A stretch of 64,000 nt of DNA from Rotaria socialis (taxonomy: Eukaryota): assembly GCA_905331295.1 (NCBI GenBank), contig CAJNYD010000007.1, forward strand, positions 40,938-104,937, given 5' to 3'. Numbering within the stretch: position 1 is the stretch's first letter; every line of letters starts with the position of its first letter. The position numbers and the translations under genes are program-made. Positions 53,131 through 64,000 of the stretch are shown one piece after another. The notes under the pieces are model-generated. The model ran no database searches, was not told the DNA's origin, and saw nothing but the letters and a program-made list of their open reading frames with translations.

Positions 53131-54728
53131 TGAATTTTGAGAAAAGCTATATTCCACAGCTAAGAATTACATACTCCTGATTCATTTTAGATATGAATGA
53201 TATTGTTTTCTAATAAATTACTAAAAACAAATTATACAACAGTCTTATGTGTGAATCAATAAATATATCTTGAAATTAAAAATTGCCATTTGATGTATTT
53301 TTGTTTTGAACAGCCTTGTTGATTAAACAAACAGAATAATCTTAAATCTAAGCTACTATAAAATCATTTTATTTTTTCTAAATTAAAGGAGTAAGATAAT
53401 AAATTGAATTTTTTAAAAATTCATCAACTTAGTAACTATCGACTATTAACCGAATTTGTTATCCATTCGATTCTTAGAATTATTCCGCTCATTAACTATT
53501 TCAAGTTTTGATAGCAATTTGATTCTGGATTAAAATTATTTATACTCAAACATAATGCTTAAGAAATTTATCGAACACATTATTAAATAAGAAGATTATT
53601 TCTTTCGTTTAAAAGTCTAATAATTTTAACACAAATATAAATAGAAGCAATCATTTGCATGTGTTTATCGGTTTATTCAAGATAAAAAGAAGACGATTAT
53701 TTAACGAGAAAAAAGAATGATGCTTCAACACTGATCAACAGATCATATCTGAAATTCGTAGAGATATTATTTTTATTTGAGTACTAGAATAAATAAAGGA
53801 ATTTCAAGTATTTCTGATGTTATTTAAAAAAATATATCTACAATAGTTTTTATCGTTACTATAGATAATTTGAATTATTTTTTATTTTTAGTATTGTTTT
53901 CTGTGTATCTAGAAAAGCTAAATCATTTTAATCATTCATTCCCGTAAACAAGATGTGTTGCCTGCATGTATAATATAGATTTCATGTCTATGTCACTATG
54001 ATCTATCATGCTGAAAAGTATTTATTAGTTACAATAATGATCTAAATATCAGCTGCATTGTTTCGAAAGAAAAAGATCAGTCTGAAGAATGACGAATATA
54101 AAGTTTTGCACTCGTTTATCTAGAACAATATGGGGTCATAAAAACTTGTTGCAGTCACTACAATTAATTGCCATAATAATGTGCACTGATTCTAGAACGA
54201 ATGGTTTACGTGATATACGCAGTTTTATATTCCTCAATTTGGTTGGTAACTCTTATAGCGCAATGAGTCACGATAGATTTATATGTACATATGCATTCAG
54301 AAAGACAATAAATTAAGATTATGAAGCTTGATGCTAGACAAACTAGAACTATTGATGCGTTAGCAATGTACAATAGAGGTATAACACTATAAATGAAGGA
54401 AGCATCAAAGAGAGTTATTACAAATTTTTATTTTCCATAGCGCAGTAACAGGTCAATTGAGTGCATCTCTATTTATTATACCGAGTCCGTATTTTTTTTT
54501 ATAACTGAAGAACAACCCCTATCGATCCACACATTCTGTTATTTTTCTCTCATTTTCCTTGGCAAGAAAAGAAAAGTTCGTCTGCTTTATGATTTTTTTC
54601 ATCACACAATTCATTTATGCACTAAAAGTGGAGAATATCATTTTTATGTACTTTGATATTTGTTTTTCTCTATAATCGTTATCGTATTTTTTAAAAAGGA
54701 AACAAATGCTTTAGTTTCACTTCGGATC

Positions 54729-55264
54729 ATGGATGACTTATTAACTGGAAACGTGAATACTACAACAGAATTCTCTAGCAATGTTGGGCGGCAAACAACC
54801 ACAGTTCTATCTAAATGTAAGATTTGTGATGCTCCTGCCCGGTATTCTTATTATGGTGTTATTGTCTGTCATTCATGCAAGATGTTTTTTAAAAGAAATG
54901 CCGAAAATGGACAAGTCAATAGAAATTAAAATACTTTCTTTCTCTTATTTGAATTGCCTTGTTTAGGAAGTATTGACATGTCATTTTGGCTATAAATGTG
55001 ATATCAATATGAATAGTCGTCATACCTGTGCTTCATGCAGACTTACGAAATGTTTAATTAACGGAATGCGTATTGAAATGATTCGAGCTTCTCGGTGCAA
55101 AAGAACCAAGAGAAACAATAAAAGAAAATTGAACATTGATTCAATCGCATTATTATCTATGTCGTCGAACAATACAGATCCAACTAGTCAGGTGAGAATC
55201 TTCATGTACTCGATTTCTTCAAGTGATATTAAATGATCAATAGAGATCATTTTTACGTATAAAA

Positions 55265-55296
<32 letters not shown>

Positions 55297-56492
55297 GCAT
55301 ATAATTTCAAAAAACTATCGACTTATTTGAAAATAGGAATGCTGTATTTACAGCGGTGAAAATTCTTACTATACTCATCACTGTTATTAAATATAACAAG
55401 AGTTTCATCTGTATTTCTGTTGTTTTGTGAAGTTAATCATAAGGAATGCGTTCATAAAATCGACAGCAATAAAATTAACACAAACACATTTCATGAGTTC
55501 GTTTTTGAACATTTGTGTCAGTAAGTAGATGAGAAAACAACAAAGAAAGTTAATAGAATATACTTCTAATTATTTTACTAGTTATTAGTATAATAAATAG
55601 TAGATATTTTCTGAAAAGAAAAATTAAACTCTTAAAAACTCTATCATGCATATTTCAAATATTCGCAAAAATTATTTTATTTTTTAATTTAGTGTAATTC
55701 TTGAAGTTTTTTTAATTTCATTGTTTTTTTCTTTTTTTGTTGTTTTAGAATCCAACGTCGAATCTGCTCGACTCTAATCAATCAACTTTGAGTATTGATA
55801 AATGGAATGTCTTATCAAATTTAGTTCGATGCTTCGATGAAAATAGTGGCTGTAAATTTGTCGCAGATTTTATCGAAGAACAAAGTGCCTTACCTCTTAA
55901 ATTACGATTCAAATATTCATCAGTGAATCCATTTTTTACATCGATGATGAGTAAAGTTCAACTTGTATTCGAAAAAAATCGCGATTTCCTCTTATTATCT
56001 CAACATGATCGTACTGTTTTACTTAAAAATACAGTGGAGTACACAGCAACTATTGGCGGAATGTTTATTTTGCGTCAATCAAGATTATTAGACGACTGCA
56101 GCTTTTCTCAATCTGCTGAGATGATATTTCAACCATCTGGAATGATTTTCATTAAACGTGTTATTGATCAATTTGATTCTGATGATACATTTATTAAATT
56201 AATACTTGTAATTCTTGCATTCGCGACAATCAATTATACTGTATATAGCAAAAATATTCAGATTGATTTGACAAATATGAAAGTAATTTTACCAATTCAA
56301 GATATGTATACCGAGTTAACATGGCAATATCTTGTGGACAAATATGGCTACCAACAAGCAGTGAAACGTTTTTCAAATCTTTTAAAATGCCTTTTTTCTG
56401 TAACTAAAGCCATTGTTGAAATACGTCGAGTACAAAAGTTTACGGATATTATTAATTCAATTATTGAACAGACTGAAGAAACCATTTTTTAA
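54729..56492 (+). CDS. Nuclear hormone receptor (C4 zinc-finger DBD plus divergent LBD), 3 coding exons
   Basis: CKICDAPARYSYYGVIVCHSCKMFFKRN|...CHFGYKCDINMNSRHTCASCRLTKCLINGM. The LBD exon from 55749 has the signature F.KNRDFLLLSQHDRTVLLK. Confidence 0.9.
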
Positions 56493-57234
56493 TAGTGTTT
56501 GCGTCTTTTTTGTTATTTATTTAGTTTCGAAAAGAATATTTCTGAAAAAAAAGAACAAAAACACTCGGTTACATGAATTCAATAATTTGAATGGCAATCG
56601 GTTCGTTTTGTTCTATTCTTGCATCTGCCTGTTTAGTCTATTGTAATCGAAAATAATATTTCTCGGAATAAAAGCGCAACAAAAATTCATTTCTATATAG
56701 AAACATTTCTGCATGTAAATAAATTAGTTGCATCCGCTATAGACGCACATAGAAATATGCTCATTCTTTTGATGATTTTGGCAAACAATATGAATAAACT
56801 GAGAATGAACTTAATGCATTGATAGAAAATATTGTATTAATAATTATTTGAACTGAACTTGGCTTTATTATTGTCAACTTGTCAAGCATTCAAGGGCTAT
56901 CAACGATATTTATATATGTACATTGATCTATAATATATTAGTAAACTTCATTTCTTGAAAATTTATAAATCTACGTAATGGTTCTAACGTAAGTTCTGCT
57001 TGCTACATTATTATAGTTATAAATTATTTTCAATTTTCACCATGATCCAGTTCACATTTTCGTAATCATCATTCAAAATTTAATGCATATATGTTTCAGT
57101 CACAAAAAATGACTCGTTCTTTGTATTCTCTCTTGAGATCAAACTATCAGTCATTTCCGAATTATCATGATTTATTCAATATAAGCATTAAATTTTGAAA
57201 ACAATAAACTTAACTCTTTATAAACAACGTTAAA

Positions 57235-59283
57235 TTAAGCATTCGATACACTACTAAGTTCATAGCTACCCTCATTACTTTCACCACTATGACTCCAGTT
57301 CGTAAATGGGTGCAGTATACCGTTAATTACACCACTTGACCTCTTCATCCAAAGAAGAGCAACAATGAATCCTATCCAAACAATAGGAATCAATACGGCC
57401 ATAACGATTATGTGACTTTTTTCTCGAGGAAGTATTTTTTTGTACGAATCAATGACAACATTTTCAACGATCTCTACTGTGGTGGTTTGTGACATTGCGG
57501 TAGTTGTTATTGTCGATTTGCTAGTTATAGGAATAATAGGAGACGTTGTAATGGTTTGTGTAAATGGAATAGTAATGGTGCTAGTAGTTTCCATTGAAAT
57601 CGATGCCGCTGATAAAGAAGTAGTTTCATATGACTACAGAAAAGTAAACAAATATTAATGCGCACAAACACAACCTATTATTGAACACTTACTGTAAGGC
57701 TGATTGTTGTTGTAGTGGATGAAGCGGATTGAGCTGTTAAAATCTCAATCATGGACGTCATAGTTGTGGTAGTTGTTGTACTTGTTAATTGAGTAGTTGA
57801 CGTAGTCTGTACCAGTTCTGTCGTTGTCTCAACTGACTCGCTCGTTGTAGTAGTAGTGGTGGTAGTTGATGTTGATGTCTCAACTTGTTCATAAGTTGTA
57901 GTGGTAGCAGTAATTGCTGCTATTGTTGTCTCAGCTGGCTCAGGCGTTGTAGGCGTTGTAGAAGTAGTTGTTGTTGTTGTTGAGTTTGTTGTTGTCTCAG
58001 CTGGTTGATGTGGTGTAGTTGTGGTAGTTGATGGCTCCGCTGGTTCAGGTGTTGTAGTGGTGGAAGTTGATGTCTCAACTGGTTCATAAGTTGTAGTGGT
58101 AGCAGTAGTTACTGTTACTGCTGTCTCAGCTGTCTCAGGCGTTGTAGCAGTAGTTGTTGTCGATGTTGTTGTCACTGATGTGTCAACTGGTTCATGCGTT
58201 GTAGTGGTGGTAGTAGTAGTCACTGTTGAAGTCTCAGCTGGTATGGTTGTCGTAGTTATTTGGATTGGCACTGATGTTACCGCTGTTGGGTCAGAAGTTA
58301 TATGTTGATCATCTAAACGTATTACAATTGAAAAATAATCGCTTTTTCGTCAATGTATACGTACCGCAACTGCCTTCGCGTATTGAAATCTCATCAAATC
58401 CCACAGTCGGTACTTGAAAACCAGATGTTCTCTGTGCTTCAAAATAGAGCTAAAAAGTTGTTAAATAAAACCGTTACTAAAATGTTTGTTTTTTGTCTGA
58501 GAAGTATCAAACTTTATAGCCACGTGTTTCAGCTTTGAAGAGTATTTTACGCTGTATCCATCCGTTGAATGGACTACTTGTGACAGAGTCAATGATTTCT
58601 TTTGTTCCACTTGTTTCCTCCTTAGTTACGGTGATAATTTTCGTGCCTAACATACTAGACATGTAATAGTAATAAATAAGACATTGCTGATCTAAACTAT
58701 CAATTCCGCCAGATTCCGTTTTAAGTTGAAAGGATTTTTTGATATTATCATTTAATGATACTGAGCTAAATTTTCCTAAAAGAAAAAAAGTGTAAAACAA
58801 ATAAAAACATGCGATTTGGCACTTGTTCACCTAACCTGGTTTACATGTACTATTTGAATTATTTTCTGTTGGGCAATATCCTCTGTTACAAAAATACATC
58901 TGCCAACTAAATGAGCCGACTTTATAAGGTAATTTGCATGCTTCACCGCTATCTGTAGGCTTCACTAAATAGACATATATATTCTAAATTAAGAGAATAT
59001 ATGGTGAACTACAAATTTTATCTTACAACTAGAGGTCACATCTGATAAAGGTCCATTAGGCACTACGGCATTCGGATTTCCTATATTTGCAGCAACATTT
59101 ATTGTTGATGTGAAACAGTTGTTAGCAGAAGTTGCGTCGTCAAAGTTACAATCATATACTGTCTTTGCATGTATGCATGAAATGTAATTAAGAACTACAG
59201 ACAATATTAAAACGAATGCATGTTTCTAATAATCAATTTATGAAGATCTTACCAACAAATACAACGCATAATAGTTCCCGCAT
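57235..59283 (-). CDS. Type I membrane protein: MAM-like N-terminal domain, Thr-rich mucin stalk, TM helix, short tail
   Basis: Signal peptide MRELLCVVFV..; YDCNFDD; QQCLIYYYYM; 'FNGW'; T/E/P-rich repeats at 57678-58271; TM segment IIVMAVLIPIVWIGFIVALLW; tail ending YELSSVSNA*. The MAM assignment is tentative. Confidence 0.75.
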
Positions 59284-61510
59284 GATTTTGTTTTTTCTCA
59301 CCAAAGCACAGATTTCAATTTATTTAGCATATCTTGCTTTTTCACTGTTTTATATTTAAGATAACAGACATTCTATGTTATCTTTGGTCAAAATAAACGA
59401 AATTACTCTCTTCTCTTTCTATTACCGTATCATTCCTAACCTACCGCATGGCCATAGCGAACATATAGCATAGCTAGCTATCTTTATCAACAGCCAAATA
59501 ATCGTAAATCCTTAGATTTTATTGTTTTCATGGTATCAATTTCAGCGTGATCTCGTTTAACTTATTTAGCTATTCAAGAATTCTGAAGTTAAAATATAAA
59601 AGAAACTTTTAAGACTGTTCTTTATTCGTTAAATTAATCTCTGTCGTAAACATCGCTTCGTAAATATTTCTTATTAAGACAATGAACGTAACTAAACTAT
59701 GAAAAAGCCAATTTTAACTTTGTAATGTTAACTGGAATAACTGTTTTACTTAATTGATGATCACAAATTATAATGTCAATCTATACAATGGTGATATTTG
59801 CTTCATTTTTTGAATATACCAAAGGCGATTTCAACTATTTGCTTTTAATTTAACTGCTGTTTTAAAATATTTATCAGGTACTTCATGGTATATCACAGTT
59901 TAGTATTAAGAATCATCCTGATTTTGTACTATGGGTTAGTGTCTCAGAATCTTCTTCATAAAGAAGCATGTTTCGCTGAAAATGTAAATTCAGTGTATAA
60001 ACTCATGAATACAATGCTGTACAAAAATCATTATTTCATCTCAGTATCTCTAACTTCTATAGAAATTGACTGGATTTTATCAGTTTTAAAATTTATCAAA
60101 GCATAACTCAAATAAATGAATATGTTGGCAAAGCGAAACTAAGTTTATTTTGTATTACTACATCGAAAGCTTCATGTCAGATAGAAAAATTCTAGAAGAT
60201 TATATTGAATATTATTGATCGTCATTTCTACTTGAATTCGCTTTCTCTCGACCATAAGCAGTATGACTAAGCAAGAATAAATTTCTACTTCATGTATTTA
60301 TTTCATCTGAATAAAACTTATGATTCCGAGAGCATTAGCATGTAAATACATCGATTAAAATAGTATCCAGAAAGATTCATGGCTAATGTTTAGAACACAA
60401 ATTTGTTTATGCAACAAAAAAGAGGTTCGCTAAAAACATTTTATTTATAATCGTGAGTATTGTTTTGTTTAAAATCAAATACACTACCAAGTTTCTTATT
60501 GAAAGTGTCAAAACAATAGTTTTTTCTCATTTGACAAATACTAATAAGTTAATAGTTGCATTCGATTAGAAACACTTTTATTGATAACGGTCACATTTCC
60601 GATAGAAATTTCCACTTTTTACTCTTTCTTCTATGCAGAACTTGACGAAAACCACTCTCATGAGAATCGTCAAACATACTATATAAGGCAACGTTTAGAA
60701 CAACTTCTCAAATCGATGTGTGCGTCATATAATCTATTTCAGATAGAGTTTATAATGGAAACTAACACATAGCATTTACAAATGGAACCACTTGACAAAA
60801 ACCCAAAAATAATTTGTGTACTTTTTTAGTTTATAGAAACTTCACAAAAACAATGATTCCAAACAGTAATTAAAACTAGAAATCAACTGTAAAATGAATG
60901 GCAAGTGCTTAAAATTGATTGATCGGTGGTACCACTCAAATTTTCCGTAAATCTAAATTTAACCGAAAGCAAAACCGTCGAAAAATAAAAGTAGAAAATT
61001 AAATTGTAGAAAATAAACACGTCGTGTGTTGTAAATTTGGAGAATAACATGTCGCACGGTTGAGAACATCGCAAGAGCATGCATGACAGCAGTGCAAAAC
61101 AAGATATTATTATAGGATCACTTAAAAAAGAACTATGTTCACATGTTAAATATACAAGGATTATATTTTTGCCAAAAGCATGCGCTGGACTAATGACTAC
61201 TACAATGGAAGTGATACATTGTATATAACTGTATCAGTCAACTAAGATTCAACGAATCTGAGTGCCAATGAATTCAGCTACACTTGTAACCAATTGTGTG
61301 TGTATTAACTTGATATCCCCATGCCCACACTCGAAATAACGGGTGGGCCATAAATAATGAAGGGTTCAGTATTTCGTAAATATCTCATGAAGCTTTTACC
61401 CCTTAGACTTTGTGTTTCTTTAGAAAGATTCCTCATTCAATTCTCTACAAAAAGATATGAAAAGAGTTGACAAAAAATATATACATGAAACTCTATCTAG
61501 TGAGCTCTAG

Positions 61511-61610
61511 NNNNNNNNNNNNNNNNNNNNNNNNNNNNNNNNNNNNNNNNNNNNNNNNNNNNNNNNNNNNNNNNNNNNNNNNNNNNNNNNNNNNNNNNNN
61601 NNNNNNNNNN
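61511..61610. other. Assembly gap (100 N)
   Basis: Run of exactly 100 N, probably a placeholder of unknown true length. Confidence 1.
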
Positions 61611-61739
61611 CGTCAAGTTGGCGAAGATAAATGTGGTTATTTGGAAGATCGTCGTCCCGCATCGAACTGTGACCCATATGCTGTGACAGATATCATTGTA
61701 CGAACTGTATGTCTTAATGAAAAAGATACTGAATCATAA
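61611..61739 (+). CDS. GLUL: 3' end of a second glutamine synthetase II copy; remainder presumably in the gap
   Basis: [42 protein letters not shown]. 61611-61731 is identical to 47381-47501, then the C-terminus and 3'UTR differ. Confidence 0.85.
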   Translation, partial: RQVGEDKCGYLEDRRPASNCDPYAVTDIIVRTVCLNEKDTES

Positions 61740-64000
61740 AAATGATTTTCAATTGAAATAAACTTATCATTGCAAAACAGCTAACTACTCTAGTAGTGTT
61801 GTAGCAAACTGGTTCTTATAAACTCAATGGATCGCTTTTTTTTATACTTTTTTCATTTGTTGTTTTCTTGCTAGTGAAATTATTGCTCACATAGTAATAA
61901 ATATATTTGTTTACTATTACATGAGAATATGTCACGAGATAAATATTTTTGATAAACATAGATGATTTGCACGTTTTGTTTTTGTCTCACGACATTTGTT
62001 TTATCATTTGTGTATCAAAAAGTCCCGTGTGAAATTTTACCTGGCAAATATGTTTAAACTTTGAAATAAAGGCCAACGATAAATTACCATTGATTTTATT
62101 CCTATATGTCGTAAAAATATTAAATACATACGTATCAAACGGGATCAATGTTCTGCTCTAACTTCGTTGCTGACAGGTTGGTGCGATACAATATCATAAA
62201 GACGTGGCCTTTTTTCTTTCTATTAAACAGAACACAATGGCCGGTGAAAAATTTCATCAAAGAACTTGATCTGAAATGTACGGCCAAGGTCATAAAAAAA
62301 CACTGACAATATGTTCCTGGTGTAACAATAGAGAACTATATTATAATGTATTGCAAAAGAAGAAACATTCTAATTACTGATTTTATAACAGTCGATAAGA
62401 AATTTTTCATACCGTTTTCTGGTATTACCTATTTTTTGGTGAGGTTTGTTCAGAGAAAAATACTTAATTCTACTCGAAATCATGATCTATTAATAGAATG
62501 CACTTCACTGATGAACTTTTCTAACAAAATTGCCTTGCAGCTCTATAAAGTTCATGATATATTTGGAATAAAATTTTCTATCAATTAGTCTTTTATATGT
62601 CAAATCGATGATTTAAATATCAGACGAAAGCTAATTTCTATGATTTTTCGTGATCTAGACAAAACATTTATGATCAAGCTCTTTTCTATATGTAAAACAA
62701 AAAGGAATCAAAATTTATCATATTGAATTACAATAATATATTTTAGACGAGATGAATTCACAACTGTTCCCTCCCAAATAATTTGAAAGAAAACAAATGC
62801 ATCATGTTAAAGAGTTTTTAACTTTAGTAGACATTTTATTGCAAGCTTGATTTTAGTAGTATCTTATCAAATATTTTATGAATTATCAGTTCATTAGACA
62901 TTATTGTAGGAATTTAGCTAAGCTTTTGTATTCTCACTTAGAATATATTTTAAAATTTTTGTAGAAGTTTCGCGAAAATAAATTAGTTCCAGCATTTTCA
63001 ATAGCGTTTCAAGAAAGAAAAAAACAATCATAGTTTTTGAAATCGCTTTAATGGTAAATAAAAAGCTTGTTGGGTGTATATCTCAATGGAATATATTTTT
63101 TTTCAAAATGAAAAGAATCTATATCAACCATATTAATATTAGTATCAATCAGTCGATGGTTGCGATTAAGATTTAGTCTCACTCTCACGCACTCAAATAA
63201 TTAGCTCGAGATTATAATGGCTCTTTATGGTTCATAAAAGAGAGGCAGCTAGTTTTGTTCGCCATTGCGTGCACATGGTTGCTATTTTTATAATATTAAT
63301 AAGCGTTCAGTGTAAATTTTTATGATGAATATATTCTGTCTATGCGAATGTCGATGAATAACAACAGTGTCTGAGTTTTCATCATGTTTCTATTAATAAA
63401 TATAAATGATATTTCTATTTTCTGTCATTATTTAGAACATTAATAAATAGAGTTAATTGAAATTGAAGTTAATTCCTCTCAAAAAGACAAAATGTTGAAA
63501 TATTAATAACAAATTACGTTCATGTCAACTCAAGAAACATAATGTTCATACATTCTAGAAGAATTTTATCTCCGAAAATGCCTGCTATTATATTCTAATA
63601 GTTAGTTCCATTTATAACTAATTAAAAAGAAAACAAAAGTTTATTACTGTCTATTGCGAAAAAAGAAAAAGAAGCGCGTCATGCGAAGACAAAGACATTG
63701 TGAATTGACGCTCGTGAACTAAAAGTAACGGTCGGTTCACATTAAATTAACGGGGAAAAAACCTTTTTTCTTTCAAGTGGCCCGTTGAACAGGTGTGAAG
63801 ATTTTAAATATTCAAGATTCAATTTCTAAGTGTTCACGCTTTTATTCAATAGAGAAAAATGTTCTTTTATTGCAGCAAACACGATCGATAGTTCTAGATT
63901 TTATTTATTCAAGAATCAAAGCATCCTCCTGAAGATCTTAGCGTTCTACTAGTTGATCCTAGATTACGTAAAATGAGCTATTCATCATGTTGAGCTGATC

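Noticed and set aside
57678..58308. Val-rich plus-strand ORFs and tandem-repeat array
   Set aside because: Antisense shadow of the Thr-rich mucin exon. Not a CRISPR array or a separate gene.
59885..64000. Scattered 60-80 aa ORFs outside the GS fragment
   Set aside because: Expected by chance in AT-rich DNA. No motifs or coherent gene model found.
1..64000. Prokaryotic systems (operons, CRISPR arrays, defence islands)
   Set aside because: Genes have spliceosomal introns and metazoan identities. No repeat-spacer array or bacterial-type gene cluster was seen.

Overview
AT-rich eukaryotic genomic DNA with many short (about 50-80 nt) GT-AG introns. Intron size, NHL-repeat genes, a divergent nuclear receptor and a fungal/protist-type enzyme suggest a bdelloid rotifer (inference, not verified). 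Genes in order: NHL-repeat pseudogene (+); intronless ERG4-type sterol reductase (-), head-to-head with a full-size ABCA1/4-like lipid transporter (+); a small 4-exon secreted peptide precursor that the ORF track catches only in exon 1 (-); GH18 chitinase with two CBM14 domains (-); anamorsin/CIAPIN1 (-); tousled-like kinase (-); speriolin-C-domain gene (+); two tandem LEV-9/Hasp-like WAP+Sushi genes (+); glutamine synthetase II (+); a cluster of non-autonomous DNA-transposon remnants, including a hAT element with an 8-bp TSD that contains a tRNA-like cassette; a nuclear receptor with an atypical P-box (+); a mucin-stalk type I membrane protein (-); and, after a 100-N gap, the 3' end of a second glutamine synthetase copy. 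The best novelty candidates are the ERG4-type gene next to ABCA, the predicted FCCMNPLGS peptide precursor, and a 73-bp hairpin whose mismatches are nearly all G-U pairs on the minus strand. Exon structures and family calls were made by eye, without database searches.
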